Shown: positions 36,684-49,879 of the stretch, in pieces
Layout of the letters: every line of letters starts with the position of its first letter
How positions within the stretch are numbered: the first letter of the stretch is position 1
The notes under the pieces: generated by a model
What the model saw: only the letters and a program-made list of their open reading frames with translations
Databases searched by the model: none
What the model was told of the DNA's origin: nothing
Assembly (NCBI GenBank): GCA_030265395.1
Contig: JARFYF010000054.1
Location: 22,832,314 to 22,896,313, forward strand
Source of the DNA: Rhina ancylostomus
Taxonomy: Eukaryota
DNA: 64,000 bases
Direction: 5' to 3'
Made by a program: the position numbers and the translations under genes

Positions 36684-39034
36684 TGTGTACGTTAATTCAA
36701 TCCCTCAGGCTGTAAGGAACAGACTGCTGGATGAGGCTGTAATTATCCACTCTGGGCACTAGACCATTCCTGCAGTGTGAGATTCTCCCAAGTGAGTTTT
36801 AAAAAGTAGAGTTTAACTTCAATTTCATTTTGTGTGTGTGTGTGTACATGGAAATATGTGCCCATCACATGCAAGCAGCGATGTGCTGGAACTCTCATGG
36901 ACACTGTACTTACACAAAGAATGCAAACTTACAAAGCTCTTAACTCTAGGATTTAATGTAAACTAATTAGGATACATTCTAGAATTGTTTTTTAAAGGCA
37001 GACCACTTATTGAAAAAAATAATTGGCATTTGTTTTTCAGTCTGTAGCACAATGGGATAAGATTAAGTGTTATGCGTTGCTTGCATGTTATCTCATCTTT
37101 CTATTGAAAATACCACCCAGCTGCTTGGAGTCATATTTGCCCCCAATGATGGACGTGATTGGCCTTAAATTCCAAGTGGGATTTAACCTTCTACTGGGGT
37201 TGGTGGCAGCATAGCAATTTATTTCTGTTGTGTATTACAAACCATTTATTTATTTTTAAAGAGCGTATAAAAGGCTGCAGTCTATCATTAGTCAAGCTAA
37301 AACTGATGATCTTTGTGAAATTAGATACCCTACAATACTTGAAATCGTTTCCATTTCCTGTATGTTTCACAGATGCTGATGAGGGAATCCAATGTATTTA
37401 ATATGTCCATCATTTAAAAAAAATTTCTGGGGCCAAAACTTATTGTAAAATGTTCATATTTTGAATGTAAAATTTTTAATCTCAGCTGCTCTGAGCAAAG
37501 GGGTTTCCTCACACACCTACTTCAGACTGTAGAGACTGCAGTCCAGACCTGTGATGGAATGGAAATGCAGCAACATGGCATGGTATTTTTGGGATGGCAC
37601 ATGGACGCATTGATGCAGCTGGAATATAAGAAAATATACACTTTCCTCAACATAAGCAAATTTAGTGTTATTTGTTAGATCCAGGATAAGTTTGCTCATC
37701 TACAGTTTGGAACTGATTGGCTTTTAGATACTGCTGAATGAAAATATGTTTTCAGCCTCAATATACTTAGGTTATTTCTTTATTGATACAGTATTATTAA
37801 AATTCCCAACAATGCAATGTTTAGCTAGATAAGGCAGATACGTTCTAACTCATTGTTCAGCAAGTTGGTTCTTTCACTATACAACCAGGGATGAATCATA
37901 AATTTCCTTTGCCAGCTGAGATGCCCAACAACTTTATTAGTTAGTTAAGGTTTGGATGTATATCTCTTGGATTATACATCTCCTCTGCTGGATAAACAGA
38001 GATTGTGTACAGCCTCCCACAAGCAGCAGACCATTTGGGGAAGAAGATTTTTTAAAGATTGAAAAATAAATGGAACCAGTGATAAGAAAAGACCAACAGT
38101 GATAATATTGGTTTTACAAAAGAACAAGTTTACCATGAAACTTTTATCAGTAAGGTATTTTGTTAAGGCTTTGCAGTAAACAGTCTCATGACTGACTCAT
38201 GGGAGTCTGCTCACTGTCTCTGGGTGGTGCTGCTATATGAAACCAGTTATTGTTGACGTCCTTCTGATCTAATTGCCATCTGTGTTATGTCCTCCTGGGA
38301 ACAGGAGGTTGTAGAACAGTTGTAGTTGTCAGCGTCCTAAATCAGTTTCTATACGTCTATTCATTCCAGATAGATACCTTATGCTTAGTTCTTCATGCCC
38401 TAATTCCTGGTGGAATAGCTTAATCCTTTGGAATGGGAGGATTCCTGTTTCCACTTGCAAGCCCCTTTATTAAATAAATCCCTTTGATTTATGTAAAACA
38501 CTGAGTTATTGTTGTGTGTGTGTTGTGTATGTATGTGTATATGCATGTACATATGTACTTTCTCCTTCATGTGTTCCTCCTTCAGGATTCTGAAATCCTA
38601 TAAAATGCATGTTTGAGAGAGGAAAAGATGGACAAATACAGCCAACATTATCATGCATATTCTGAAATTAGGAAGTGAATGGGAATAAATCCCATGATGC
38701 TGCTGTTTTGTCATCAGTTTACGGTTTTTCATTGTTTCCAGTTGATTCACTAGTGAGGCCCCTCACCCTAATACAGCAGCTGGAAGCACCCCCCTCACTC
38801 TGTGAGCTTCACACAATGATAGACACACCCATGCCCATTAGAACCTGCTTGTCAAAATTGGGCCACTTTTAGTTTCTAAGCAAACATCTAACACTTATTA
38901 TGCCTCTATTACATCTGCGTCCTTGCTGAGTTTATTTATGTAGCAATAGAGTGTTAAAGTAAGGCTGATGTTGAAGTTCAACCTTGGAGAATTGTAAACA
39001 GACTCAAGGGAATGGATTGCCTGTTAGTTTACAT

Positions 39035-39495
39035 ATTTAGAAAATAGGAGCAGGAGAAGGCAATTTAACCATCCAAGCCTGCTCTCCCTTTAAATATAGT
39101 CATGCCTGATCCTCCATTTCAATGCTATATTCCAGCTTGCTCCCTATATGGCTTGGTGCCTTTTGTGTCTCAAGAAGTACCCACCTCCTTCTTAAATATA
39201 CGAAGAGGCTCGGCCTCCACAGCTTTCTGTGGCAGGGGACTCCAGAGGTTCATTACCCTCTGGCTGAAGAAATTCCTTCTCAGTTCAGTCCTACATGTCC
39301 TTCCCTGTATCCTGAGATTGTGACCCTTCATTCTTGAGCAGCTGGCCAGGGAAAACATTCTCCCAACCTCCAGTCTTCCCGGCCATATAAGAATTTCAAG
39401 GAGATCTCTTGTTCTTATTATCTCTAGTGAATACAGGCCTAGTTGACTTCTCTCTTCTCTCCTCATGTGACAAGCTGGTGAACCTTCACTGTACT
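39035..39495 (-). mobile_element. CR1/HER1 LINE ORF2 C-terminus and 3' UTR
   Basis: ORF 39170..39502: EERSQLGLYSLE...KGHNLRIQGRTCRTELRRNFFSQRVMNLWSPLPQKAVEAEPLRIFKKEV. Confidence 0.92.
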
Positions 39496-39729
39496 TGCTC
39501 ATTTTGTTTTGTTCTTATGTTAGATTCAAACTAAAAAACATTTGGGTTTGGTCTGTGCTTAACTTGATTCTTGCAGTTCTCAATAAGAGAAATTAAAACT
39601 CAAATTGTTTTGGCTGGTGTACATTTTCTGCTCGTACAGACTTGCATCAAATAGTTAATTTCTCTAATTTAGCAAAGACAGGGAAATGATGTAAACATTT
39701 CAGGTTTGTTTCACCAACAGAGACCCAAC

Positions 39730-40120
39730 AATCTTAGAAATAAAGAAACAGAAAATAGAGGGAAAGCTCAGCCAGAGTCCCTCCCCAATGACAGAGAGAG
39801 TAGCCAGGTCAATGATCCTCTGTTGGAATTGGAAATGTTGGAGATAAACCACTTTTAAATATAGACTTTGTGACAAAGGACAGGGAAAGAATGAAAGGGA
39901 GGGTGTGCAGGAGAGTTGAGGGCAGGAGAAATTAAATGGCAAAAGTGATGATGCTTTAAACTAAAGGAAGGTGACAATAACTGGCTCACCCCCTTGCTTA
40001 ACAGCTCTTCATCTTCTGATGAAAGATCTTCAACCTGAAATGTTAACACTACAGATGCTGCCTGTCCTGCTGAGTGAATCTAGCAAGTTACGAGTCTATT
40101 TCAAATGTCTAGCTTCTGTT
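39730..40120. mobile_element. Inverted pair of Penelope termini
   Basis: A minus copy at ~39730-39960 and a plus copy CTGATGAaagatcttcaacctGAAAtgttaac (40016) followed by acagatgctgcctgtcctgctgag. Confidence 0.75.
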
Positions 40121-42699
40121 TTTGATTGACCAGCAGTCTTAGGCTTGGTGAACAGAATTAAATTTAGAAATGCCTTTATGTAGATGACAGGAAGGAGTTG
40201 AAATTCATTTCCAAAGTCTCTGACCCCAATCTAAATTGAGACAATAAAGAGTGGTCTTACTGGAAGTGAAGTGATACCAGAGGGAGGTTGAACAAAATTA
40301 AATTTTCTGCATTTTAAGGGTTATGGAATGAACAAATGCTCTTGCTCTGCATATGACTGAATGAAATGGCATCAATCAACACTTCCCCACTTACATAGAT
40401 TATGATGTACTCAGCAGCCCTCAGCACTGTCAAAACACATCAGTTTAATGGTCACTTTGCATCATTCTTATAAACCACATGATTCCCTGTGATTTCAGTT
40501 CCCATTGTTACTTGCACACACTACCAGTGTGCATGCACAAGAACCCAAAATCACCCTGTTCCCTGGTCATGCCTTGCTTTTCCTTGCCTCTTCCATGTTG
40601 AACTGAGCCACTGACGCAACCTACAGACCCAGAAGGGTTAGATTTGTGCTGATTATAACTTTCCAGTTGTGATTCAACAGTTATTCTGAAGGCTGTGTGA
40701 GTTGAGGGTTATATTTCTAAAGGCCCTGACAGGAAGCCAACAACAGTATGAAATGTAGTTTCATTCGTACACCCTGCTCCTCTGCTGTCTACCTTCACAA
40801 ATCCGGCAATGATCTCGTTGCATAACTGCCTGCATTCTTTGAATTTTCTCTGTGCTTCTTAGTAGAAGAATGTGGCCATTGTCCGAAAGTAATTTTTAAA
40901 TCAGTTAATATGTTGCACTGACCAAAATCTGCATCACTGACTCATTATGACCACAAGTAGATGGCTGCCATTGACCTGTTTATTTAGATGAGTGTTTAAC
41001 CTTTCCAAACCTCTGTCAATACTGAAATTAAAAATTCTGTAGATGTGCAATTTTTGACCAGTAACATTTGTACACAGAAGCCCACATGTGCTATTTAATT
41101 CTCTGACTTTTAACAGTGGTAAGTCAACAGAAACAATCTTTGTTGATTTATTAGTAATAGGACTAAAACATTTTTTACATAAGGCAGAATGCTTTATTGT
41201 GTCACACAAGTGTATTATGTTTAAAATCCAATCACTAAATGTAAATGGGACCATAGCACACTGCCCAAATTCAAAGATACATTTCACTTGTACACCAGCA
41301 GCCACATGCAATGACCCAATGCACATGTTGCCATCCTGTATAAGATTCAGTCATGCATTCGAGTCCCACAAGTGATGCCAGCCACTCACACTGAAGCCGG
41401 CTCTTGGTGAGGATTGTTCTGGCATGAGTAAACAGGACAGTCTTCCCTGGTTTGTTGCTGGTGAGTTCAAAGCAACTGCTGTCTTGTAAATAGATTCTCT
41501 TTGAAGTACTTCCCTGAACATTCATTCCTCCCTCTCCTCTTCCACTCATGTAACTAAGGCTACTGATGACCTCAGGAACCTGCTCGCGTGTCTTCCTGCT
41601 CTCTTCCGCTGATCCCCAGTTTAATTGTCTCTCCAACCAAGTCCCCACCTTTGACACAAGCACATCTTACAACCCTCACCCTATGCCTCCCCATGACACA
41701 ACCAATTCCCAGAGCTGATCCTCCTCGCCTCCTTCCAGGTCCAATCTATTCTCCCTTCCCTACTCTCCAGCCACCCCCTTTCTTCCCCATTTATGCAACC
41801 CCACTCCCACTCTCCCAAACCTCACCATTGATTCATGGTCTACCTGACTTTCTCCCACAGAACTAGTGGAGAAAAGGCCTTTACTACACCAAGGTGTGCA
41901 AAGTCCATTCTCCCACTGACAAAGGGCCTCATACAAACCAAGTGCTGCTTCAACATGCCTTTCCTGGCAGGAAAGAAATTCCAACCAGCTTTTTGAAAGC
42001 AGTGTGCTATATCCCTTTATGTTTTCCTTTGGACAGAGCAATAACTTATGAACTATAAATGTTAAAGCTTGCCACTCAAACCAATATGTAAACAAAACTT
42101 CTTTAAACCTCATTTATCTTCAGAAATGAGCAAACAAAACCCTCTCTCTGCTCTCTGTGTACAGAGCCTCTCAAAAATTAGGTCAAGATTTTGCTCTCTG
42201 CTGGATTAGCATTGTAGACATTGACAGCACAGAAGGAGGTCTTTCAGCCATGGTGTTAAGGGGTAAAGGCTTGGTCTCCTCATGCTGAATATGCAGTCAC
42301 TGGAGAAAGCTGGTTGCTTTATAAGTTACCACCCATATTCAAATCTTCTGTTTGATTTCTGATCCAAACAGATCCTAGTTGTGGTAGCAGTTGGTCCTTC
42401 AATGGGATTTGCTTTGGCTTTAGGTAATGGGGACAATCTTATCTGGTTTGTTGCCAGTGAATCTAAGGCATCCACTGTCTTGCATGCTTCTGAATTTAGA
42501 AGAACAACTGAAAGAAAGGCAGTGTCTTGCTCATCCAGCAATTCTCAGAAGAAATGGATCCAGCTGAGTTCTGATGCTCTCCAAACTTAAGTGGTTGAAC
42601 TTGAGTAAGGTAAATCAGTTGGGCACTTAGGGACATGGTCTTGGATGTCAGCAAGAGTTGTCACCATCAGCACGGAAAAGGCTACAGCTTAAAACTAAA

Positions 42700-42960
42700 T
42701 AAATAACTTTAAACAAAAATGTGCACTCATAAATGTAACAAAATATCACAAAGTGCATCATGGGATATCACTAGAAAACATTGAGAGCACACCAGTGAAG
42801 GACATGACATACCAGTCGGTCAAGGTGGTAATTTTTAAAAAGAGTCTGAGGAGAGGATGAAGTGGTGAAAGACAAAGAGATTTTGAGATGAATTCCAGAG
42901 CGTGGGGCCTTAGCCAGCTAAAGGCACAGCGGCCAACACTGAGATGCACAAGTTTCCAAA
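42700..42960 (-). mobile_element. L2 LINE 3' end
   Basis: ORF 42758..42949 VGRCAFSWLRPHALEF...; in a shifted frame LWNSS.....LSFTTSS, typical of the L2 C-terminus. Confidence 0.75.
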
Positions 42961-43279
42961 ACTGGAGAAGTACATCTCATTTTTGGCTGCAGTTATTATC
43001 ACGTCAGGAGGGATTTAAAGAGTAAGGGTTTCTTGTTAGTTTTGGACTTGCACAGATTTGTCTTGTCAGTCAGACATACAAAGAATGTTAAAGCTGAAAC
43101 TTGACCAGTTTACTGATCATAGCTAAATTTCAAAATGGAGTAGTTCTTTACCACTGCTTTTTGACATCATTGAAGATTTTTATATCTGAATGATAACTAG
43201 TTTGTGCTTAATTGTGGATAGTTCTGTGATACTGATTCATGCCCATGATGACTCCACTGAAACTGTTCAAGCCTTGACT

Positions 43280-43380
43280 GCCAGTTGCTGCAGCAAGTAC
43301 TCCTCACATCAGTCCTGGTTGGATTTGAATCCAGGTCCCAGAGGTGAAAAACTAATGCCTAAAACAACACACTAGTCAGT
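43280..43380 (-). mobile_element. tRNA-derived SINE head resembling LF-SINE
   Basis: The minus strand reads tttttcacctctgggacctggattcaaatccaaccaggactga, similar to the LF-SINE head as recalled (ctttcacctctaggtc..ggttcgaatccagcccagg). Confidence 0.45.
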
Positions 43381-44889
43381 TTCTCATTGACTGTTGTTAT
43401 TTTTCAAAAGCGTTAAACATTTATTATCTGAATAAACATTTTATTGTGTAAGAATGATAGAAACATAGAAATTCCCAGACTGGGAGGAGGTTGTTTTGCC
43501 GATTGTCTGGGGGAAATCTCTTGAAGTAACCATGCTGAACATACAGTATTTGGAGAAAGCTGGGCAGTTTGCTAGTTGCCACCCATTTTCAAGTCTAGGG
43601 TTTGGTTTCTGATCCAGACTGGCTAGAAATTTGATTTCATTCATTTTTTCTTGTGCTGAATCTTCCCCCCAAAAATCAAAGAAATCGTTATTGTGGTTTA
43701 TTCCCTTTAAGGAGCATTAAGCCCAGACTTATATGTTCATTGGTTGCAGCAGCTGCCTCCCTCACACTACCTTCTGGGAAGTAGGTCAGTGTCACTGAAG
43801 GGATCTTTCCATGGCAGGCCCTTATGAAGATGAGGGAAAAGTGGAGGTGGGGGGGGGAAATAGGAGGGGGTGGGGAGGTGCAAAATCAGAGTGGAGGAAG
43901 GATTTAATGTTGCCAAGACCTGCGATTGACTCCATTGTGCTATCAGACCCACCAGGTCACTCCATAACAATCATTGGAGCCACGGTGCTGCTCATCTGCA
44001 GGTGAAGGAAAATGCATCCAATTTTTGGTCATTTGAGTTAAACGGAGCTTAGGGAACATAAATGACATTTTGCAATCCCTTAAGGGTTTCTAATGGCCTG
44101 CAGTCTAAGAGCATGGACAGATTAATCTCTGGGTTTCACTGAGTGGATTCAAATCTTTAAATAACACTATTTTTTTAATGAATAGGATTTTAGGAACTTT
44201 TGAATATTAAGAAATAAAGGACCTGAAAGGGGAATTTTTAAAAATTTTAACTATAGGGAAAAGCTAATATTTGATACTTACTCCATTTTTCTTTTTTTAC
44301 CTAATACTTGAGAACTAAATCTAATTCTTCCCCTGTCAGTTTCCTAAGGCAATGATTAGATCTAGGTGTCAGTATGTGTATTTGTAGATAGAACACTATT
44401 ACTGAACACTGTGATATGGAAGGACAGAGTAGCTGAATATTATTTTTATGATTCAATAATAGATAATAATAATTGTATTTTCATCGGTTAACCTCAGCCC
44501 CATTCATTTACCCAGGAATAAGAGTCTGACTTCCCTTCTCTGTTTATCTCTGTCATATACTGAAATGGTGAAGCTGTGCATCAGTCCCTGCGGCTGGGTT
44601 GATTGCAGTGTCTTAGTGATGTTTCTCACAGTTTACGAACAAAACAAAATAGATTAAAAACATTGCATGAGATAACCTGGTGGTTCCGATGGTTAGTCTG
44701 CCAATATGCTGCCCCAAAGAAGGAGAGAATCCAGATTTGTCTTCCTTAGAACCCTTGGCCAAGGAAACACTTTCAGTTAACAGTTGTGTGTTTAACCTCT
44801 TACTGACCATTCTATTATTGGCTCCAGAGCCTCAGAGTACATCATTGTGTAGTTTAGGTTAAGGTACCATAGGCTTCAAACCTTTTTCT

Positions 44890-45990
44890 GGGAGGCAAAT
44901 AGACAGCAATACCCTGGAGAATATGGACCATTTACTACATCTCAGGAGCCACCTCTTGGTGAAGGAAGACATTGATGGTGAAATTCACCAATGCTTTTAG
45001 TGTGCCCTCACAGCCTTTGTTTGGGAGAGGAGGAGGAGGATATTTGAAGGCTGAGACCTTAGACCCAGCACAAAATTCATGCCCTATGGAGCATCAATGA
45101 TCACTGCCATCCTATATGCTTCTGAGACCTGGACTAGCTGCAGCAGGCAGTTCAAGGAACTGACAAAATACCACAACACTGTTCTGGCAAAATACTCCAG
45201 GCCCAGCATCAGTGTCCTCTCCCCTGCTGACATCCCCAGCAATGCCCCTCTCGTTGCACTCAGCTGCCTACAATCTGCAGGCTATGTAGTTCATTTGCCT
45301 AATACCAGACTGCAAAGTTAGGCAACAAATAATCTGCTGGAGGAACTCAGCAGGTTGAGCAGCATCTATGGGAGAAAAGGAATTGTCCACATTTCAGGTC
45401 AAAATCTTGCATCAGGGCTCCCTCCTCAGTTCACCAATCACCTCAGATTCCTGTCTCACTACTCCCCTTCTCCCTTTTATACTGGCCATCACCCTTCTGC
45501 ACTCCCAGTCCTGATGCAGGGTCTCGACCTGAAATGTCNNNNNNNNNNNNNNNNNNNNNNNNNNNNNNNNNNNNNNNNNNNNNNNNNNNNNNNNNNNNNN
45601 NNNNNNNNNNNNNNNNNNNNNNNNNNNNNNNNNNNNNNNNNNNNNNNNNNNNNNNNNNNNNNNNNNNNNNNNNNNNNNNNNNNNNNNNNNNNNNNNNNNN
45701 NNNNNNNNNNNNNNNNNNNNNNNNNNNNNNNNNNGATTCCAGCATCTGCAGTCGCTTGTGTCTCCAAAAATAGGCATTCTAATGTAAATTCTGTGATGGG
45801 AAGAGATTACCAGGCAGGCAGAGGAAAAGACTCAAGGCCGAGCTCAAAATTTCCTTGAGAAAAGACAATATCCCTAGTCCCTTCTGGAAATCCCTGGCAC
45901 ATAACTGCTCAAAATATCAAAGGAGCATTCAGATAGCTTTGAGAACCTGAACTTCATGTGTCGGAAGCATACAGAAGCGCACCACTTCAC
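44890..45990 (+). mobile_element. RTE-clade (BovB-like) LINE 3' RT fragment split by a fold-back PLE-derived element
   Basis: LENMDHLLHLRSHLLVKEDIDGEIHQC and TKFMPYGASMITAILYASETWT, then AGYVVHLPNTRL. It continues after 45765 with GKRLPGRQRKR. Confidence 0.85.
45322..45765. mobile_element. Fold-back PLE-derived element with two opposed hammerhead-like motifs, partly gap
   Basis: Left arm aatctgctggaggaactcagcagg...tttcaggtcaaaatcttgcatcagg; plus-strand cagtcCTGATGCagggtctcgacctGAAAtgtc at 45506-45538; tail gattccagcatctgcagtcgcttgtgtctc. Confidence 0.85.
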
Positions 45991-46439
45991 GAGCTACACC
46001 ACTTGGCCACAACTTCTGTCCCATTTGGGAAGGAAGGATCAGTGTGGGGATCACAGATGATGTGTATTTATGTATTTTTAAGCAGGAGTAGAAACAATGG
46101 CTGACATCACTGCTTCTTAGCCAATGGTGCTAAGGCCCATTATAGTAAGCCAACCACCACCCCGACTGATCAACCTTCTCAACACAAGCTGTGATGTTGA
46201 GTAGGCAACTTCATTGCTTGTTTACTCATTTCTATTTTGGTGAGTAAACTGGGTAACTCACCCATTGGAGAAAATATTTAAAACATGTTCAGAGCACTGA
46301 TGGATGGAGGACTGTTTATTACTGTTCTAACTGAGGATATTTTACAATACTAGCCCAAAAATCACTGTGTTCAGATTGTGTTCAGAGAGCCATTGTGTTC
46401 AGATTTGTCTTTTGGAAAGTGCAGCTTCAATTCAAGCAT

Positions 46440-46680
46440 AGACTTAAGGGAGAAGGTTAGGAGGGTAGATAAGAGAAAAAAAATCACCCAGAGTGTGTTG
46501 GGGTCTGGAATTCATTGCCTGAAAGAAACCCTCATCATATTTACTATAAATTGTACTAGATGGGCTTGATGGGACCTTCAAGGCTATGGACTTGGTGCTG
46601 GAGGATGGGATTAGGTTGGGGAACTCTTATTCAACTGTCATAGACCTGACGGTCTGAATTGCCCTCTGTGTGTACATCTG
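46440..46680 (+). mobile_element. CR1 3' end, decayed
   Basis: tcacccagagtgtgttggggtctggaattcattgcctgaaag...aaggctatggacttggtgctgga. Confidence 0.7.
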
Positions 46681-47595
46681 TTGCAATTCTAAGCAGAGGT
46701 TTACATTTGAAAGAAATTAGTCTTTAAATCACATATCTCTTTGCTGTCTTTGGGCATTGGGTTTTCACAGCCAACCCAGAGATTGTTAAAATTCAAAAAT
46801 AAGTCATTCTTAGATTTAACAGCAAAACTATTGCCTGCTGAAGATAAAAAGCTGACAAGCTACCTGTGAATGAGTAATGATGTCTCCAGTTTTGCTGACT
46901 GGGTTCAAGTTAGTTGACAAGAAAAAGAAGTCAGAATTATTGACTGCATGTAAATACAGGCATTGTAATGTTCATATTTTTTTCAGTTCAGCCAGGATGG
47001 GTTGAATCAATCAGCCCATCAATAAAGCACAGACAAGTTTAAAGAGAGTGCTCTTGAATTTTTATTTTTAAAAAAGCACGATTGACAGAGGTGCCTAGAT
47101 TAATATTTTTCTATTTTTTTCATGCTCAGCAAAAGCACATTAATGCTGCTTTGATATATTCAACATTGAAAAGAAACATTGGGAGGTAAAAATTGCTTCA
47201 GTTCACATTCATTAGTCTGCTGAAACTTTCCCCTGGAAAAATAATGCCCTATTGAAATGCAGTGGGCCTGTTGTCTTCTTAGAGGAGGAATTTGTTTTTT
47301 TGTAATCATTAATAAACAGCAAAGCCAAAACTATCGGTTATCCAAAACTAGCGCATGAGAGATGTGCCACACACTGTCAGTTTGTTTCCTCCTCTCAAAT
47401 TCCTCCTTAGTTGATGTGAAATTATTAGCTTGCTGAGGACCAATTTACTGGTTGTCCCCATCTCCTTGTTCAAGTAATGACTGTTAGAAGGCTATTTCAC
47501 CCTAACTGTGTTGCAGCTGAGCCCAGCTCTGCTCTCACACAGGTCTAGAGGTAATGTTACGGATTAGGACTATTAGTGAGTGTCCCTTTTAGATA

Positions 47596-47604
47596 GTGTG
47601 TGTG

Positions 47605-47639
<35 letters not shown>

Positions 47640-47641
47640 GT
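47596..47641. repeat. (GT)n microsatellite running into a gap
   Basis: Directly visible. Confidence 0.95.
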
Positions 47642-49069
47642 NNNNNNNNNNNNNNNNNNNNNNNNNNNNNNNNNNNNNNNNNNNNNNNNNNNNNNNNNNN
47701 NNNNNNNNNNNNNNNNNNNNNNNNNNNNNNNNNNNNNNNNNGGGAGTTAATGTTCAGGGTTTAACATTTTTACTTCTAACATTCTAACATTTTTACTTTT
47801 ATTTCACTTATTATCATATGCAGTTATTAATAAAGTAGTTTTTAACATTTATACATGTCTCGGTGTGTTTCTGTTGTTGCTGGTACGTAACAGTAAACTG
47901 TAGGAACATTGTATGGACTTGCCACTGCAAGCTTCATTACTTCTGGAGACCCAAGGTGTAGAGTGCTATTGAGTGACAGTGGCACTCTTTGTATGAAGTG
48001 CTCTGGAACAAGTGAGGGGAAGTACAGCATCCAGGACCGAGACTGGGACAGGGATCAAGAGGAAGCCAATAATCGGGGACCTGGTTGGACCCCTTTGGAG
48101 GTAGGGTCTTGTTAGTGGTGGCTGGCTTGAGATTGGTTCTTGTGGAATCAAATTTCCAGAGAGACATGATTCAACCAGGAATTGCTTGCTGTCACATTGC
48201 ACTCTGGACAATAACTTGATTTATATTTCAATAACATTGAAAGAAAAGTGCTGAACATGTGAATTGTGAGGCCACAGTATTCCAGAGGTGATCATTGTAT
48301 GACAGCTAGCGATAAACATCGTGAACAACTTTTTGTCCATACAACTAAATATTATTGAGATGTGCCCATTTCCCAACTTGTATCTAGTAAAATACACAGC
48401 TTAGTATGACTTGTGTTTGTTTACTGAGCCATGGAGAAAGCATTTTGTTTTACACTGCAATTCTTTTTGTTGCTCTGTTAAGATAAAGTCTGCAAAATAG
48501 TCCTGCTTGGCTGAAGTATTGTTAAATACTTCCTTACCAAAGTCCTCCTAAAATCTATGGATGCTACATCAGTTGAGCTTTCAAGACTGCGAAAGATAGG
48601 TTTGTGTTAGGCAATGGCATTCAGGGATCTTTAGAAAAGACAGATGTATGGATTTGAAAGACAAATTATCCATAAACAAGCTGAGGCAGGAGGCCATTCA
48701 GTCTTGGCTGAATAGCCTCCTGTTATTCTAACACCAGAAGGAGCAAATTAATGTCATACTGCCTTGTTGTACAATGATGTATCTCCTCATTTCCCCTGAT
48801 ACTTTCTTTGATGAAATTTGTCATCAAAGATAAAATGTTAAAATATTCCTAAGTCCTACCAAACTGCCATGCTTGTTGATTAACCCATTCCTCTGTGCCT
48901 GCCACCACCTCTGGCACATGACTCAGAGGTCTTCTTTACCATCTGGGGTAGAGTGAAGGCTTTGAGCAGTGGGATCACTCTAGGTAAAGCGACAACACCT
49001 TGCACCCATGGAGTAGTTTAATATTCAAAGGCTACTTGCCTGACATGAACCTGGAGCCTGCAGGAGAAA

Positions 49070-49488
49070 GCTTTTCTTTTTCAATCTTTTTATTAGTTTC
49101 CAAATTAATGCAGATTAATATATAACATCAATGATTGTACATGTAATACAAAGAGATCAAGAGAACAATCACGGCATAGATAATCATAAAGAATAATAAA
49201 ATATTTTAAAAATCTTTAGGTCTCACAATCTCTTAGTAGATGAATATAATATAAAAGAAAGGAAAGAAAAAGATTTATTGTATATATAAAAGAAAAGAAA
49301 AAGAATCCCCAAATCAATAAAACATTGTAAATAATATAACAAATGAAACTATAAAGAACATTTCAAAAAAAAGAAACAAAAAAAGAAAAAAAACTGGACT
49401 GAAATTTCTTAATATAAACAGAGCAATATTATGTAATCAACTCCATTCCTCTAAATTGAAAAGTTATTGAAAAGGGATCTATATCATA
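49070..49488 (-). mobile_element. L1-like LINE 3' UTR
   Basis: The minus strand is T-rich and ends aataaaaagattgaaaaagaaaag (polyA signal plus A-rich tail). It runs into a gap. Confidence 0.6.
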
Positions 49489-49588
49489 NNNNNNNNNNNN
49501 NNNNNNNNNNNNNNNNNNNNNNNNNNNNNNNNNNNNNNNNNNNNNNNNNNNNNNNNNNNNNNNNNNNNNNNNNNNNNNNNNNNNNNNN

Positions 49589-49692
49589 AAAGCTGGAACA
49601 GGGTACTAAATTTGAATGATCAGTCATAATCGCATTGAGTGGCAAAGCAGGCTCAAAGGGGCAAATGGCCTACTTCTGCTCCCATTTTCTAA
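49589..49692 (+). mobile_element. CR1/HER1 3' UTR
   Basis: gatcagtcataatcgcattgagtggcaaagcaggctcaaaggggcaaatggcctacttctgctccc. Confidence 0.8.
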
Positions 49693-49879
49693 ATAAAACT
49701 CTAAACACCTAACTGAATTAAAACATAATGGATCACTTAAAAAAAATCTACACCACCTTAATCCTTGGAGCCATTCTCCTCCTACAGGGAGGCAGAACCT
49801 GTTATGACCCCCTTCAGGATCTTTGGGTGGATTCCCCTCGGGCAGTGGTGGGGAACCACCACACCTTCCCTGTTCCATG

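Noticed and set aside
39170-39502. 110-aa ORF with protein-like composition
   Set aside because: It is a CR1 ORF2 C-terminal remnant, not a host gene.
42326-42590. Overlapping ~70-aa ORFs on both strands in unique sequence; similar cases at 47842-48211, 56030-56408 and 61265-61480
   Set aside because: Lengths are within chance expectation, with no recognisable domains or convincing splice signals.
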